Below are positions 27,383 to 36,733 of a stretch of DNA of 53,195 nucleotides, piece by piece. Under the pieces are notes generated by a model that saw only the letters and a list, made by a program, of their open reading frames with translations, was not told the origin of the DNA and did not search any database. Numbering within the stretch: position 1 is the first letter of the stretch; every line of letters starts with the position of its first letter. The stretch covers positions 1-53,195 of the forward strand of contig JAYSVR010000216.1 of NCBI GenBank assembly GCA_043718445.1. Direction: 5' to 3'. The stretch comes from Acidobacteriota bacterium (GTDB lineage: Bacteria > Acidobacteriota > Blastocatellia > RBC074). Both the position numbers and the translations under genes were made by a program.

Positions 27383-28900
27383 TTATTTTCCCGCGCTTTT
27401 CACGTTAAGAATTACGCGCCGATAAGCGGTCAGCGCAGGCGTTCCGTTGTCAGTCACAGCGAGAATGATGTGAGCGATGCCCGCAGGACAAGCCCGGTTC
27501 ATCGGCAACCATTGCGGACGGCACGCCGCCGTCGGCGTAACAGTGGCTTTTGAAGAATTGCCTTGCGCAATCGTTACCGCAGCCATGTTCGTGTTTCTGC
27601 CGACATTGCCCGCTTCTTCATAGTGAAACCATTGGTAAGTGAGCTTGTCACCGTCAGGGTCTTTGCTGGTGCTGGCGTTGAGCGTGATGGCTTTACCGGC
27701 TTCCGCCTCCAGCGTAATCACTTCAGTGCCGCTGTTACCGTTCACCACGAGTTGCGGGCTGTGGTTGGCCTGGTTGAAAGGCTTGATCGTCCAATCCATG
27801 CGCGCGGCGAATTCGTGTTGAAACGCCGTGCGCCAACGCCAAATCGTAGCTTGATCAGAAATATATGTTTTGCCATCTGTGCCCCTGACAGCGTCGCGCG
27901 AATTGACACGCGGGAACGCATCGCCACCTTGCGTCCACAGCGGGCGCGTTTCGCCATAAGCCTGCCGCCAGATATAGCGTCCGCCCCAGCCGCCCCAACT
28001 CGCGTGGCGAAAGCTGTTCAAACCATTGTTGGTGAGAAACAGATAGGCGGGCGTATCGCCTTCCATAATAAAAGCGAACTTCGGATAGAGCTTGCCCAGC
28101 GGGCCTTTCGCGCGGATGTTGGTTTCGAGCCATTCGTTCGTCACTGTCGTGCTGTCTGCGCCTTGTCCGTTTTGGTAATAGACATCGCCGCTGATGCCAG
28201 TCCACGTCGCCTGACCGTATTCGCCACCGTCGGGACTGCTGGGTTTGCCGATGTAATGCAGATTAGGAAACTCGCGGCGAATCCACGGCCCTGCGTCGTC
28301 TTGATCTGAAATCGTATAAACGCGCAACTTGGCAATCAGCTTCTCAACCTCAGCCGCCGACCGCGTCGCGCGCAAATGAATCAAGGCTTGCGCAAACGTA
28401 TTCGCCCCGCCCCAAATCGAAACCCACAACGGACGAGCATCACTTTTATCAAGCGCGCGAATGATCGCTTCTGCTCCGCCAGACATTTTGCCTGCGCCCG
28501 TCGCAGCCATGCCGTAATCCGGCTGGCCTGAAACCACCAACGCATCAAGCGCGGCGGCTTCAGGCCAACCCGTCGCGTGCTTGAGCAGGTTGGCACGCAC
28601 TTCGCCATAAGCCGCGACGATCTTTTTCATCACATCGGGCTGGACTTTGTTTTTCTGCCACGTCGAAGTCGTCGCCACCAACACTTCAAAATCAATTTCG
28701 TTGGCATAAAGCAACAGCCGCACGAACGACATTTGATCGTCAGGTTCGTTGCCCATGTCGGTCAGCACAACGACGCGCGGCTTGCCGACGAAATCGTCTA
28801 CGGGATGGGGTGATAGGACTTGACCGTTGGCAGTTCCAGCGAAAGCTAGTGCCACCCAAACCAGCAAAGAACATATTTTCGGCAATCGAATACTCATCAT
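27383..28900 (-). CDS. DUF1593 / nucleoside-hydrolase-like secreted protein (Sde182-like) with C-terminal Ig-like domain
   Basis: PRVVVLTDMGNEPDDQMSFVRLLLY, WGG.NT, ISDQDD, EGDTP, GGWGGRY, FAARMDW and DPDGD motifs. Confidence 0.88.
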   Translation of the reverse strand: MMSIRLPKICSLLVWVALAFAGTANGQVLSPHPVDDFVGKPRVVVLTDMGNEPDDQMSFVRLLLYANEIDFEVLVATTSTWQKNKVQPDVMKKIVAAYGEVRANLLKHATGWPEAAALDALVVSGQPDYGMAATGAGKMSGGAEAIIRALDKSDARPLWVSIWGGANTFAQALIHLRATRSAAEVEKLIAKLRVYTISDQDDAGPWIRREFPNLHYIGKPSSPDGGEYGQATWTGISGDVYYQNGQGADSTTVTNEWLETNIRAKGPLGKLYPKFAFIMEGDTPAYLFLTNNGLNSFRHASWGGWGGRYIWRQAYGETRPLWTQGGDAFPRVNSRDAVRGTDGKTYISDQATIWRWRTAFQHEFAARMDWTIKPFNQANHSPQLVVNGNSGTEVITLEAEAGKAITLNASTSKDPDGDKLTYQWFHYEEAGNVGRNTNMAAVTIAQGNSSKATVTPTAACRPQWLPMNRACPAGIAHIILAVTDNGTPALTAYRRVILNVKSAGK

Positions 28901-28980
28901 AGATTCGCCCCCACAACCATCATCTTTTTTCAGATAGCGTAAGTGTGATTTAGTATGTCTGTGAAAAAGGAGTTACCTCT

Positions 28981-29211
28981 ATGTTGGAAACCATCACTTT
29001 AGAAGAAGCGCAAATCAGCTTGCCTGCATTGATCGAGCGTTTGCTGCCTGGCGCTGAAATTATCATTACGCAAAATCAGCAGCCCGTTGCCCGCTTGAAC
29101 GCAGCCAACACCGCATTGCCAACGCCGCAATTCGGAAGCTGCCGTGGCGCATTGACCGTCATCAGCGAAGACGACGAACACTTAACCGACTTTCAGGAAT
29201 ATCTGACGTGA
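28981..29211 (+). CDS. Type II antitoxin (Phd/YefM-like with DUF2281-like tail)
   Basis: TITLEEAQ..L..LI...G.EIIIT....PVARL, then FGS.RG...DF.EY; stop overlaps the PIN toxin start. Confidence 0.8.
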   Translation: MLETITLEEAQISLPALIERLLPGAEIIITQNQQPVARLNAANTALPTPQFGSCRGALTVISEDDEHLTDFQEYLT

Positions 29212-29594
29212 ATTTGTTGTTAGACACCCACGCGCTGCTTTGGTTCGTGTTAGGCGATAAACAGTTGAGTCTCGCAGCACGACAACTTATCGAAAATTCA
29301 GCCAGCTTCAAATTCGTCAGCCCGACGAGTTACTGGGAAATTGCCATCAAGATCAGCATTGGCAAGTACGCCTTAAACGAACCTTACGAAACCTTTTTCG
29401 ACCGGGCCATCCGCCAAAACGGCTTTCAGATTTTGCCCATCGAACCGCGCCACACCGTCGCGCTCACCACCTTGCCATACCATCACCGTGACCCGTTTGA
29501 CCGCCTGATGATTGCTCAAGCAATGATCGAACGCCTGACGATAGTGAGCGCCGATACCGCCCTGAATGCCTATCCAATCCAAAGGCTTTGGTAA
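29208..29594 (+). CDS. vapC: VapC-family PIN-domain toxin
   Basis: LLLDTHALLW, S.WEIAIK.S.GK, HHRDPFDR.MIAQA and VSAD motifs. Confidence 0.92.
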   Translation: MNLLLDTHALLWFVLGDKQLSLAARQLIENSASFKFVSPTSYWEIAIKISIGKYALNEPYETFFDRAIRQNGFQILPIEPRHTVALTTLPYHHRDPFDRLMIAQAMIERLTIVSADTALNAYPIQRLW

Positions 29595-29603
29595 CACATC
29601 GCA

Positions 29604-30989
29604 TTACTTGAAGTACCGACTAGCAAACGTCAAAAACGTAGGCCAGTTCGGCCCCGGCGTATGCCCCGCAGTGTGTTGGCGAAAAGCTACGTCGCCATCG
29701 AGGAAGGTTTCGATGGGCGGAAATTCCATCGTCGTCATCGGTTTTTTACCGAGCAATTTATAAACCGGCCCGGCGTGTGCGCCCGCGAGGAACATGCCTT
29801 TGGCGTCTACCCAGCCATCGCCATTGACTGCGCCGGAGCTGATAAACACAGGACGTGGCGCGCAGAGCGCAACGAGTTCGTGCGCGTCTATTGGCAAATC
29901 ATTCGCGGTCAGCGGCCCGGCGTATTTCATATAGTTCCCCGCCATCCAGTGGTATTCACTCGGTGCGGCGACGTTCTCGACCATCTCGCCGTAATTGTTG
30001 CGGCGATGAATTTTCGCTCCGCCCGCGCCCGACGAACTCACGAACGCCACGGCCAGGCGCGGCTCGTAAGCCATTGCCACCAGCGTAGCTTTGCCATAAC
30101 GCGAATGCCCCTCGAGCGCGACCATCTTTGCGTTCACGGCTTTGTCGGTCTCGAAATAATCAATCGCACGGCTCGCGCCCCAAGCCCAGGCGCGCAACGC
30201 GCCCCAGTCATCCACCTTGCGCGGCTGGCCTTTATTGACAAGGCCGATGATGCCTTGCGTGAGTCCTGCGCCATTGTCGGCTTGAATGCTCGCGGGCACG
30301 AGCGTCGCGTAAGCCCAGCCTTTTTCTAATACCAATTGTTGCCAAGGTGGAGGTACTCCCACTGGATCACCAAGCCGTGGCGTATTTAGATTTGCCGGAC
30401 GATTGGGCAATGGTCCGAAGCTCAACTCTATCACAACCGGCGCGGCTTTAGCGTTAGCAAGCGTCGTCAGCGTCAAGCGAATGCCTACGGTGACTTGCGG
30501 ATAAGACGAATTGTCTACGTGGCCGATGAGTTGTTTGGTGACGACGGCGTGGCCGAACCTCTCTTCATTCGTCGTGCTGGTCACTTCCCAATTCACTTTG
30601 GGCGTGAGCTTAGGCGCGCGGCCATACATCTCGCGGTCAAAGTCTTCGACAATCTCAGCGCGACGTTGATTCCACCATTGCTTCGCCGAAGTCACTGGCT
30701 TGCCGTTTTTGAGTTTGAGCGGATCAGGCAACGGCGAATGCGGCAACACTTTCGCTTCGTCATAATTCGCCGCATTCGGCGCTTGCGGATTGCTGCCGCT
30801 CGCGCCTTGCCGCAAGGCCTTGATGCCGAGCAAGTCCATCATTCGTTGATGATCGGCCTTAGTCGCCGCCTGTTGTGCAGCCATTTGCGCTTGTTGTTCG
30901 GGCGTCAGTTGGCGCTGGGGTTGTTGCGCGACGACCGCACACGCGAACACTGACAAAACAGTCAGGGTAAAGTTGAAGAATAGTTTCAT
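29604..30989 (-). CDS. CE15-like glucuronoyl/acetylxylan esterase
   Basis: Signal peptide; WGALRAWAWGASRAIDY, GHSRYGK nucleophile, SSGAGG and LP.DAHEL.AL.APRP. Confidence 0.85.
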   Translation of the reverse strand: MKLFFNFTLTVLSVFACAVVAQQPQRQLTPEQQAQMAAQQAATKADHQRMMDLLGIKALRQGASGSNPQAPNAANYDEAKVLPHSPLPDPLKLKNGKPVTSAKQWWNQRRAEIVEDFDREMYGRAPKLTPKVNWEVTSTTNEERFGHAVVTKQLIGHVDNSSYPQVTVGIRLTLTTLANAKAAPVVIELSFGPLPNRPANLNTPRLGDPVGVPPPWQQLVLEKGWAYATLVPASIQADNGAGLTQGIIGLVNKGQPRKVDDWGALRAWAWGASRAIDYFETDKAVNAKMVALEGHSRYGKATLVAMAYEPRLAVAFVSSSGAGGAKIHRRNNYGEMVENVAAPSEYHWMAGNYMKYAGPLTANDLPIDAHELVALCAPRPVFISSGAVNGDGWVDAKGMFLAGAHAGPVYKLLGKKPMTTMEFPPIETFLDGDVAFRQHTAGHTPGPNWPTFLTFASRYFK

Positions 30990-31053
30990 GGTTCGAATCC
31001 TTGATTGCTTCTGACGAATATCTTGCAGCAGCGGGCGCGTGAACGTGATGGCC

Positions 31054-31181
31054 TTTTCAACGCAGAGTTGCGCGGAGGTTCCGCAGAGTTACCGCAGAGA
31101 AGAAAGAGAGTAGATAAAATCTCTTCTCCGAATTCCTCTGCGGCGACTCTGCGGAACCTCCGCGCAACTCTGCGTTGAGAA
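31054..31181. repeat. Palindrome of 10-11-mer units (cgcagagNNN)
   Basis: tcaacgcagagttgcgcggaggttccgcagagttaccgcagag ... ctctgcggcgactctgcggaacctccgcgcaactctgcgttga. Confidence 0.88.
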
Positions 31182-31202
31182 TGACTTACGGAGCCTTACG
31201 AT

Positions 31203-31595
31203 TTACTTCGCGCGTTTCGCTGTGAAATCCACGGGCGGAGGCGCTTGACCGCCGGGCCCTTCGCCTTCAAACGAACGGGTGAATTTGATTTCATCGCCCG
31301 CCAGCTTGCCTTTATAAGCCATGGTGAATTTGTTGCCATTGAATTCGCGCACGACTTTGAACGCTACGTCATCGCCCTTGATCGTGCCGTCAGAAATCGC
31401 GGCATCGCCGCGCGGACTTGTGACCGTACCCGTCAATTTGTCACCTTCCGCTTTTAGGTTGATGACGGTTTCCTGCATCGCGCCGTCGCGTCCGGGAATT
31501 TGTCCTACCCATTTGCCGTCAACGCCAGCGGCCAGGGCGACCGCCCACAGCGCGAATAAAAGTCCGGTTGCTAAACCAATAGTTCTAAGTTTCAT
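31203..31595 (-). CDS. Secreted small beta-rich hypothetical protein
   Basis: AAGGA RBS; signal peptide; VDGKW..., LK.EG.KLTG.V, DG.I.GD.V.F and Y.GKL.GDEI.F patterns. Confidence 0.8.
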   Translation of the reverse strand: MKLRTIGLATGLLFALWAVALAAGVDGKWVGQIPGRDGAMQETVINLKAEGDKLTGTVTSPRGDAAISDGTIKGDDVAFKVVREFNGNKFTMAYKGKLAGDEIKFTRSFEGEGPGGQAPPPVDFTAKRAK

Positions 31596-31782
31596 AGTTA
31601 ATTTTCCTTGTTGGGTTGTTAGGTAAGCGTGGTGGTCAGTGAATGCAATTCGTCAGGCATTTCAAGCGCCGTTTGCCAATCCATAAACATTTTGTTGAAC
31701 GAATAGCCGCGCTTTGCCCTTTGACACTGTAAGGACGCCGTCGCGCTGCGCACGGTTTCAAGGGTATTCAGTTGCGTCATCA

Positions 31783-34281
31783 TCAATCAGCAAAAGTGAA
31801 TTCGTTGAGATTGAGCAACACGCGGCAAAAATTCGACAAGCCATGCGTGCGCGCAAAGGCTACGTATTTTTCAAGTTCGCTCTTTGACGGCGCACGACTC
31901 AACGCCAGCCAGTGCGCACGTTTGATTTGTGCGGCGAGGTCATTCGGCTTTTCACGTTCCAACCGCGCGGCGAAGTGCTCGGCTTGCGTGACCATAAAAC
32001 CGTTGTTGAGCAAGGCCAGCGCCTGCAAAGGCGAAAGGCTTTCGTTGCGTTTGTCTACGCGCATCGAAGGGTCAGCGCAATCAAGCGCCGTCATCCACGG
32101 CTGCGTTTGCGAACGCACAATGAACCGATAAATCGAACGCCGCCACGTGTGCGCGTCATTCGGGTCAGCCAAACCGTATTCGTAATGCGGCGAATGCTCA
32201 GGCCGTTCGATGACGAAATCCTGCCAACCCGCGCCGCCCATCTTCAGATCGAGTTTGCCGCTGACGGTCAGTACGGCATCGCGCACGGCTTCGGCTTCGA
32301 GCTTGCGGCGATTCTGTCGCCAGAGCAGCGAGTTGTCGGTTGTCGGTTGTCGGTTGTCGGCTATTGGCTGACTGGTTTGCCGATAGGTCGCGCTCATAAC
32401 GATGAGTTTGTGCAAGCGTTTGAGCGAACCGCCGCTGTCACGGAAATCCGCCGCGAGCCAGTCGAGCAATTCAGGATGCGAAGGCCGTGCGCCATTCAAG
32501 CCGAAATCATTGGGCGTCGTGACCAGCCCTGCGCCGAAATGATATTGCCAGACGCGGTTGACGATGCTGCGCCACGTCAGCGGATTGTCGGGATGCGTGA
32601 GCCAACGCGCTAAGGCTGCGCGGCGCTCGGCTTCGGGCGCGTCTTGGGGAATCGCAAAACGCGCCGGTTGAAACGACAACAGCGAGAGCGCGCCTGCACT
32701 GACTTCCTGCTTCGGCGTAGTCACTTGCCCGCGTGCCAACAGGTGAATCGGACGCGGCTTGCCGTTGTTGGCTCCCGTGCCGACAAACGTCCCCGTGCCG
32801 TAATGCACCGTGCCCGCATAAACGACTTCAGGTTTGGGAAAGGCGGCGAGTTGTTGATTGAGTTGCGCGAGTTCGATCACATAAGCATCGCGTTCGGCGC
32901 GTGTCTCCGGCTTCATTGCCGCGTCTACCAATTGCGTGCGCGACGTTCTGAGTTGCGCGACTGCGGCGGCGTTGTCAGGTTGCTGGGCGGCTTCAGCAAT
33001 TTGCTTATCGAGTTTCGTGATGGTTTCGCCCGCTTCTTTGGCGGCGTCGCGTTCGATGACGCGCTTACGTTCGGCGAGGTCGCGCTGGCGTCCGTCAAGT
33101 TGATTGAAACGCGCCGTCATCGCCGGATCATTCACGAAATACTTTTTATCGGCGCGATCAAGCGCTGCGAAGACAGCCTGTAACGAGTAATAGTCTTCCT
33201 GCGAAATCGGATCGAACTTGTGATGATGGCATTGCGCGCAATGCACGGTGACGCTGGCAAACGTGCCAATCGTATTCGCCACCATATCGTCGCGGTCCAG
33301 GTGGCGCGCGATCTTGCCGTCAATTTTCGTCTCAGGCAGTTCAGCGTGTCCGATGAAATCCCACGGCCCGGCGGCGATGAATCCCAACGCCTCATTGCCG
33401 TCGCGCGTGCCGGGATACAACACGTCGCCCGCAATTTGTTCTTCGACAAAACGCTTATAAGGTTTGTCTTCGTTAAACGCGCGAATCACATAATCACGAT
33501 AGGGCCACGCATTCAGTCGCGGCTTGTCTTTGTCATAGCCGTGCGTGTCGCCGTAATGAACTACGTCAAGCCAGTGGCGCGCCCAGCGTTCGCCATAACG
33601 CGGCGAGGCCAGTAATTCGTCTACGAGCTTTTCGTATGCATTGGCTGAACGATCATTCATGAATTGCTGCACGCGTTCAGGCGAAGGAGGCAATCCAATC
33701 AAGTCGAAAGACAAACGGCGAATCAGCGTGCGACGGTCGGCTGGCGGCGACATCGTTAAGCCTTTGGCCCAAAGTTTATCGGCGATAAAAGCATCTATCG
33801 GAGTGCGGAGTGCGGAGTGCGGAGTGCGGAGTTTCGGAACCGCGGGTTTCTGTATTGGTTGCCACGCCCAATGCGGTGTCTCGCTGTCTTTCCGTTTTTG
33901 TGTCTCTGCTTCTTTGTCGCCCGCTTCGATCCACCTTTTGATAAGAGCGATTTGCGCGGCATTCAACCGCTCGCCCGTCGGAGGCATTTGCTCACCCTCA
34001 ACAGCCGTGATGCGTTGATATAAGCGGCTCGCTGGCGCATTGCCTTTGACGATTATAGATGAACTCAACACAAACGATTTTGCGTCGAGTCGCAATCCGC
34101 CGCTTGGTTTTTGTGCATTGTGACAAGCCAGGCAATGGGCTGCGAATAAAGGCTGAATGTCGCGCTCAAAAGAAACGGTTGAGGGTTGTTGTGCGTTCGC
34201 GTTCCATTTGGTCGCAACTAACAGTAAGACAGCGAAGCTCGCTGCCAACAAGAATACAGATTTGAAGCCTGTTCTTTTCAT
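31783..34281 (-). CDS. Planctomycete cytochrome C / DUF1549 (PSCyt2) / DUF1553 (PSD1) protein
   Basis: F.RDIQP.F..HCLACH; HWAWQP; PIDAFI; YGERWARHWLD; CAQCHHHKFDP; VNRVWQYHFG.G; PSHPELLDWLA; RRKLEAE.VRD; C-terminal LLNLNEF. Confidence 0.92.
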   Translation of the reverse strand: MKRTGFKSVFLLAASFAVLLLVATKWNANAQQPSTVSFERDIQPLFAAHCLACHNAQKPSGGLRLDAKSFVLSSSIIVKGNAPASRLYQRITAVEGEQMPPTGERLNAAQIALIKRWIEAGDKEAETQKRKDSETPHWAWQPIQKPAVPKLRTPHSALRTPIDAFIADKLWAKGLTMSPPADRRTLIRRLSFDLIGLPPSPERVQQFMNDRSANAYEKLVDELLASPRYGERWARHWLDVVHYGDTHGYDKDKPRLNAWPYRDYVIRAFNEDKPYKRFVEEQIAGDVLYPGTRDGNEALGFIAAGPWDFIGHAELPETKIDGKIARHLDRDDMVANTIGTFASVTVHCAQCHHHKFDPISQEDYYSLQAVFAALDRADKKYFVNDPAMTARFNQLDGRQRDLAERKRVIERDAAKEAGETITKLDKQIAEAAQQPDNAAAVAQLRTSRTQLVDAAMKPETRAERDAYVIELAQLNQQLAAFPKPEVVYAGTVHYGTGTFVGTGANNGKPRPIHLLARGQVTTPKQEVSAGALSLLSFQPARFAIPQDAPEAERRAALARWLTHPDNPLTWRSIVNRVWQYHFGAGLVTTPNDFGLNGARPSHPELLDWLAADFRDSGGSLKRLHKLIVMSATYRQTSQPIADNRQPTTDNSLLWRQNRRKLEAEAVRDAVLTVSGKLDLKMGGAGWQDFVIERPEHSPHYEYGLADPNDAHTWRRSIYRFIVRSQTQPWMTALDCADPSMRVDKRNESLSPLQALALLNNGFMVTQAEHFAARLEREKPNDLAAQIKRAHWLALSRAPSKSELEKYVAFARTHGLSNFCRVLLNLNEFTFAD
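32332..32375. repeat. In-frame heptamer array inside CDS, (gttgtcg)4 plus degenerate units
   Basis: Encodes the SQPIADNRQPTTDN linker on the minus strand. Confidence 0.85.
33799..33832. repeat. In-frame heptamer array inside CDS, (cggagtg) x ~5
   Basis: Encodes LRTPHSALRTP on the minus strand. Confidence 0.9.
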
Positions 34282-34294
34282 CTCTCCAATGCGG

Positions 34295-35179
34295 TTAGCT
34301 GCCGAAGCGAAACAGCTTTATCGCATTCAAGCCTAAAACATTTGCCTGCTCTGCTTCTTTCAAATGAGACAAATAACCGCGCACTTTTTCCCGCGCGGCG
34401 CGATAGCTTTCCACCGTAGCCGTTGGCCCAAAGCCTCCGCCGTAAATCATCCGGTCTGCGCCATAAGCATCACTGAGTTGTTTGATCGTTGCCGAAATGT
34501 CGCGGTGCGGATATTCGCTCGGCGCGGGAATCGCGGCGAGTTTCATAATCACATTGGGCAGCTTTGCCCAACTAACAACGGTTGCGTGTTCTTCGGGCGT
34601 ACCCTGAAACGGACGACCGAGGTGGTCAATGATGACTTTCGTTGAAGCAAACTCTTTGATCAACGGCGTGAAGTTCGCCGCGTAACGCGGTTCGAGATGA
34701 ATCTGAACCATCAAGCCCAGATCGCTGGCTTGCTTCCACAGCGCGCGCAATTCGGGTTTGCCGAACGGCGGCAAGCGATCAGGCGCGTAAGCATGCACCC
34801 GCACGGCTGACACGCCGCCGCGTTTCGCCAACGCAGGCAGTTGTTTCATGGATTCAGGTTGATCGGCGAAAACGAGGCAGGTTCCCTTCAAGCGGCCTTT
34901 GCCTAGATCAAGGCAATAGTCGAGGTAGCGATGATCGTCTTGATAAGGTTCGGGATGAACTACAACCGCGTGCTTAACGCCTGCGCCATCCATCAACGCT
35001 AACAACATTTCGGGCGTAGAAGGCGGAGCCGGTTGATAAGGGCCGCGCGAATGATAGGGAAAGCGTTTGTCTTGTGTTCCGGCAAAGCAATGCAGGTGCG
35101 TGTCTACGATGGGGTTGGCTCCGTAAGGCGCAAGCGCAGCCATTGAGAGCGTTTGAATAAATTCTCTTCGGGTTGTCAT
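34295..35179 (-). CDS. Tat-exported amidohydrolase_2 family protein (lactonase-like)
   Basis: Start MTTRREF (ATGA overlap); IVDTHLHCF and IIDHLGRP motifs. Confidence 0.85.
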   Translation of the reverse strand: MTTRREFIQTLSMAALAPYGANPIVDTHLHCFAGTQDKRFPYHSRGPYQPAPPSTPEMLLALMDGAGVKHAVVVHPEPYQDDHRYLDYCLDLGKGRLKGTCLVFADQPESMKQLPALAKRGGVSAVRVHAYAPDRLPPFGKPELRALWKQASDLGLMVQIHLEPRYAANFTPLIKEFASTKVIIDHLGRPFQGTPEEHATVVSWAKLPNVIMKLAAIPAPSEYPHRDISATIKQLSDAYGADRMIYGGGFGPTATVESYRAAREKVRGYLSHLKEAEQANVLGLNAIKLFRFGS

Positions 35180-36498
35180 TTGGTTTTCTCGCTGATGCAA
35201 AACAATTGATTTTGACTGCGCAGATACAACTCGCCCGCAACGATAACGGGGGAAGCGATGAAAAATTGATCGTCGAGTTGATTGCTGCCGATAACTTCGA
35301 ACTGTTCACCCATTTTGACGATAGTGACGGCTCCGCTTTCGCTGGCGAGATAGAGCTTGCCATCCGCCGCCGTCGGCGAAGCCTTGTAATTGTCAGGCGT
35401 AGGCAAACGTTTCTGATGGTAATAAGGCACGCCCGTCGTCGCGTTGAAACAACTCAGCATGCCGCTATCGGTCAGCGCGTAAAACTTCCCGTCGTGCAAC
35501 ACCGGCGAAGGCGTATAAGACAAGCCGCGCGTATGGCTCCACGCAATGGCGTCGCTGCCCGTGAGGTCGCCTTCGCGCCCCAGCTTGATCGCCATCAGTT
35601 TCGGATCGCGGTGTCCGGTCATCGCCAACACGAGATCGTTATGCAACAAGGGGACAGGAATCGCATTCAAGCCCAAGCCCGCACATTCCCAAATGAGTTT
35701 GCCGTTCGCTAAGTCATAAGCGCGAACCTTTTTCGAACCGTTCGTGATGATCTGTGTGCGGCCTTTGACTTCGGCAAACAGCGGCATTGCCCATGTGCTG
35801 ATTTCGTCACGCGACGCGCGCCACGCTTCTTTGCCCGTGCGTTTGTCGAGCGCGACGACGAATGAATTACTTTCTTGATCGTGCGTGAGAATCAGCCAGT
35901 CGCCGTGCAAGCCCGGTGCTCCGCCTTCGCCGAACTGGTTGCGCATCGTCATCTTTACGTTAAGGTCTTTTTGCCAAATCAGCTTGCCGTCGAAGTCATA
36001 ACAAAAAGTCCCGCGCGAGCCGAACCACGCATAAACATACTTGCCGTCAGTCGCGGGCGAAGCCGAAGCGAAGCTGCCATAGCGTTGGTGATAGCCCTCG
36101 TGCGGCGCTGCGATTTTGGCGGTGCGCTCCCACAGCGTCTTGCCCGTCAGCCGATCAAGGCAGAGCAGCATGAATTTGTTTTCTTCGCCCGCGCCAAAAC
36201 CACCTTGCGGATTGGGCGCAGGCGTCAAGCCTTCTTTGTTGGCTTTGCCCGTTGGCACTGCCGTCGTCACAAAAATCTTGTCGCCCCAAATAATCGGCGT
36301 CGAATAGCCGCGTCCGGGAATCGTGATTTTCCATTTGATGTTTTGGGTGTCGCTCCACTTGGTTGGAGCCGTGCCGCGCGCTACGCCAGTGTTGAAGGGG
36401 CCGCGCCATTGGGGCCAGTGGTCGGCGTTCTCGGCGCTAAAAACAGCGGGCAGTGAAAGCAGCAAAAGCGAGCAAGCAAAAGCGAATAGTTTTTTCAT
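35176..36498 (-). CDS. PQQ-binding-like beta-propeller protein (BamB-like repeats)
   Basis: Signal peptide; WPQWRGP, G.STPI.WGD, ALDKRTGKEAW and ASP....LYLRS motifs. Confidence 0.88.
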   Translation of the reverse strand: MKKLFAFACSLLLLSLPAVFSAENADHWPQWRGPFNTGVARGTAPTKWSDTQNIKWKITIPGRGYSTPIIWGDKIFVTTAVPTGKANKEGLTPAPNPQGGFGAGEENKFMLLCLDRLTGKTLWERTAKIAAPHEGYHQRYGSFASASPATDGKYVYAWFGSRGTFCYDFDGKLIWQKDLNVKMTMRNQFGEGGAPGLHGDWLILTHDQESNSFVVALDKRTGKEAWRASRDEISTWAMPLFAEVKGRTQIITNGSKKVRAYDLANGKLIWECAGLGLNAIPVPLLHNDLVLAMTGHRDPKLMAIKLGREGDLTGSDAIAWSHTRGLSYTPSPVLHDGKFYALTDSGMLSCFNATTGVPYYHQKRLPTPDNYKASPTAADGKLYLASESGAVTIVKMGEQFEVIGSNQLDDQFFIASPVIVAGELYLRSQNQLFCISEKTK

Positions 36499-36533
36499 AG
36501 TTCAACCTGATGAATCATTAAGCGCGGCGCAAG

Positions 36534-36733
36534 GCAGTAAGGGGAGCGTGAGCGCAATGAGATCAAGGCAAGCTATTTGCAAAAAGGGCTTTCGCCACAA
36601 AAACGCACAGAAGACACAAAAGGAAACTCCATTGTCAGAAATCTTTTTTGTGGCCTTTGTGCTTTTTTGTGGCGAAAAAATCTCCTGCAACTTCCTTGCC
36701 TTAATCTCAGGTCGCTCACGCTCCTCGTACTGC
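36534..36733. repeat. Nested composite palindrome (REP-like outer arms enclosing a ~9-10-mer palindrome)
   Basis: Outer arms gcagtaaggggagcgtgagcgcaatgagatcaaggcaag / cttgccttaatctcaggtcgctcacgctcctcgtactgc. Inner 36590-36677 tttcgccacaaaaacgcacagaagacacaaaa / ttttgtggcctttgtgcttttttgtggcgaaa. Confidence 0.85.

Noticed and set aside
8845-31181. Short periodic repeats as possible CRISPR arrays
   Set aside because: Units are 7-11 nt, have no unique spacers and are arranged as inverted arms; no cas genes are present.
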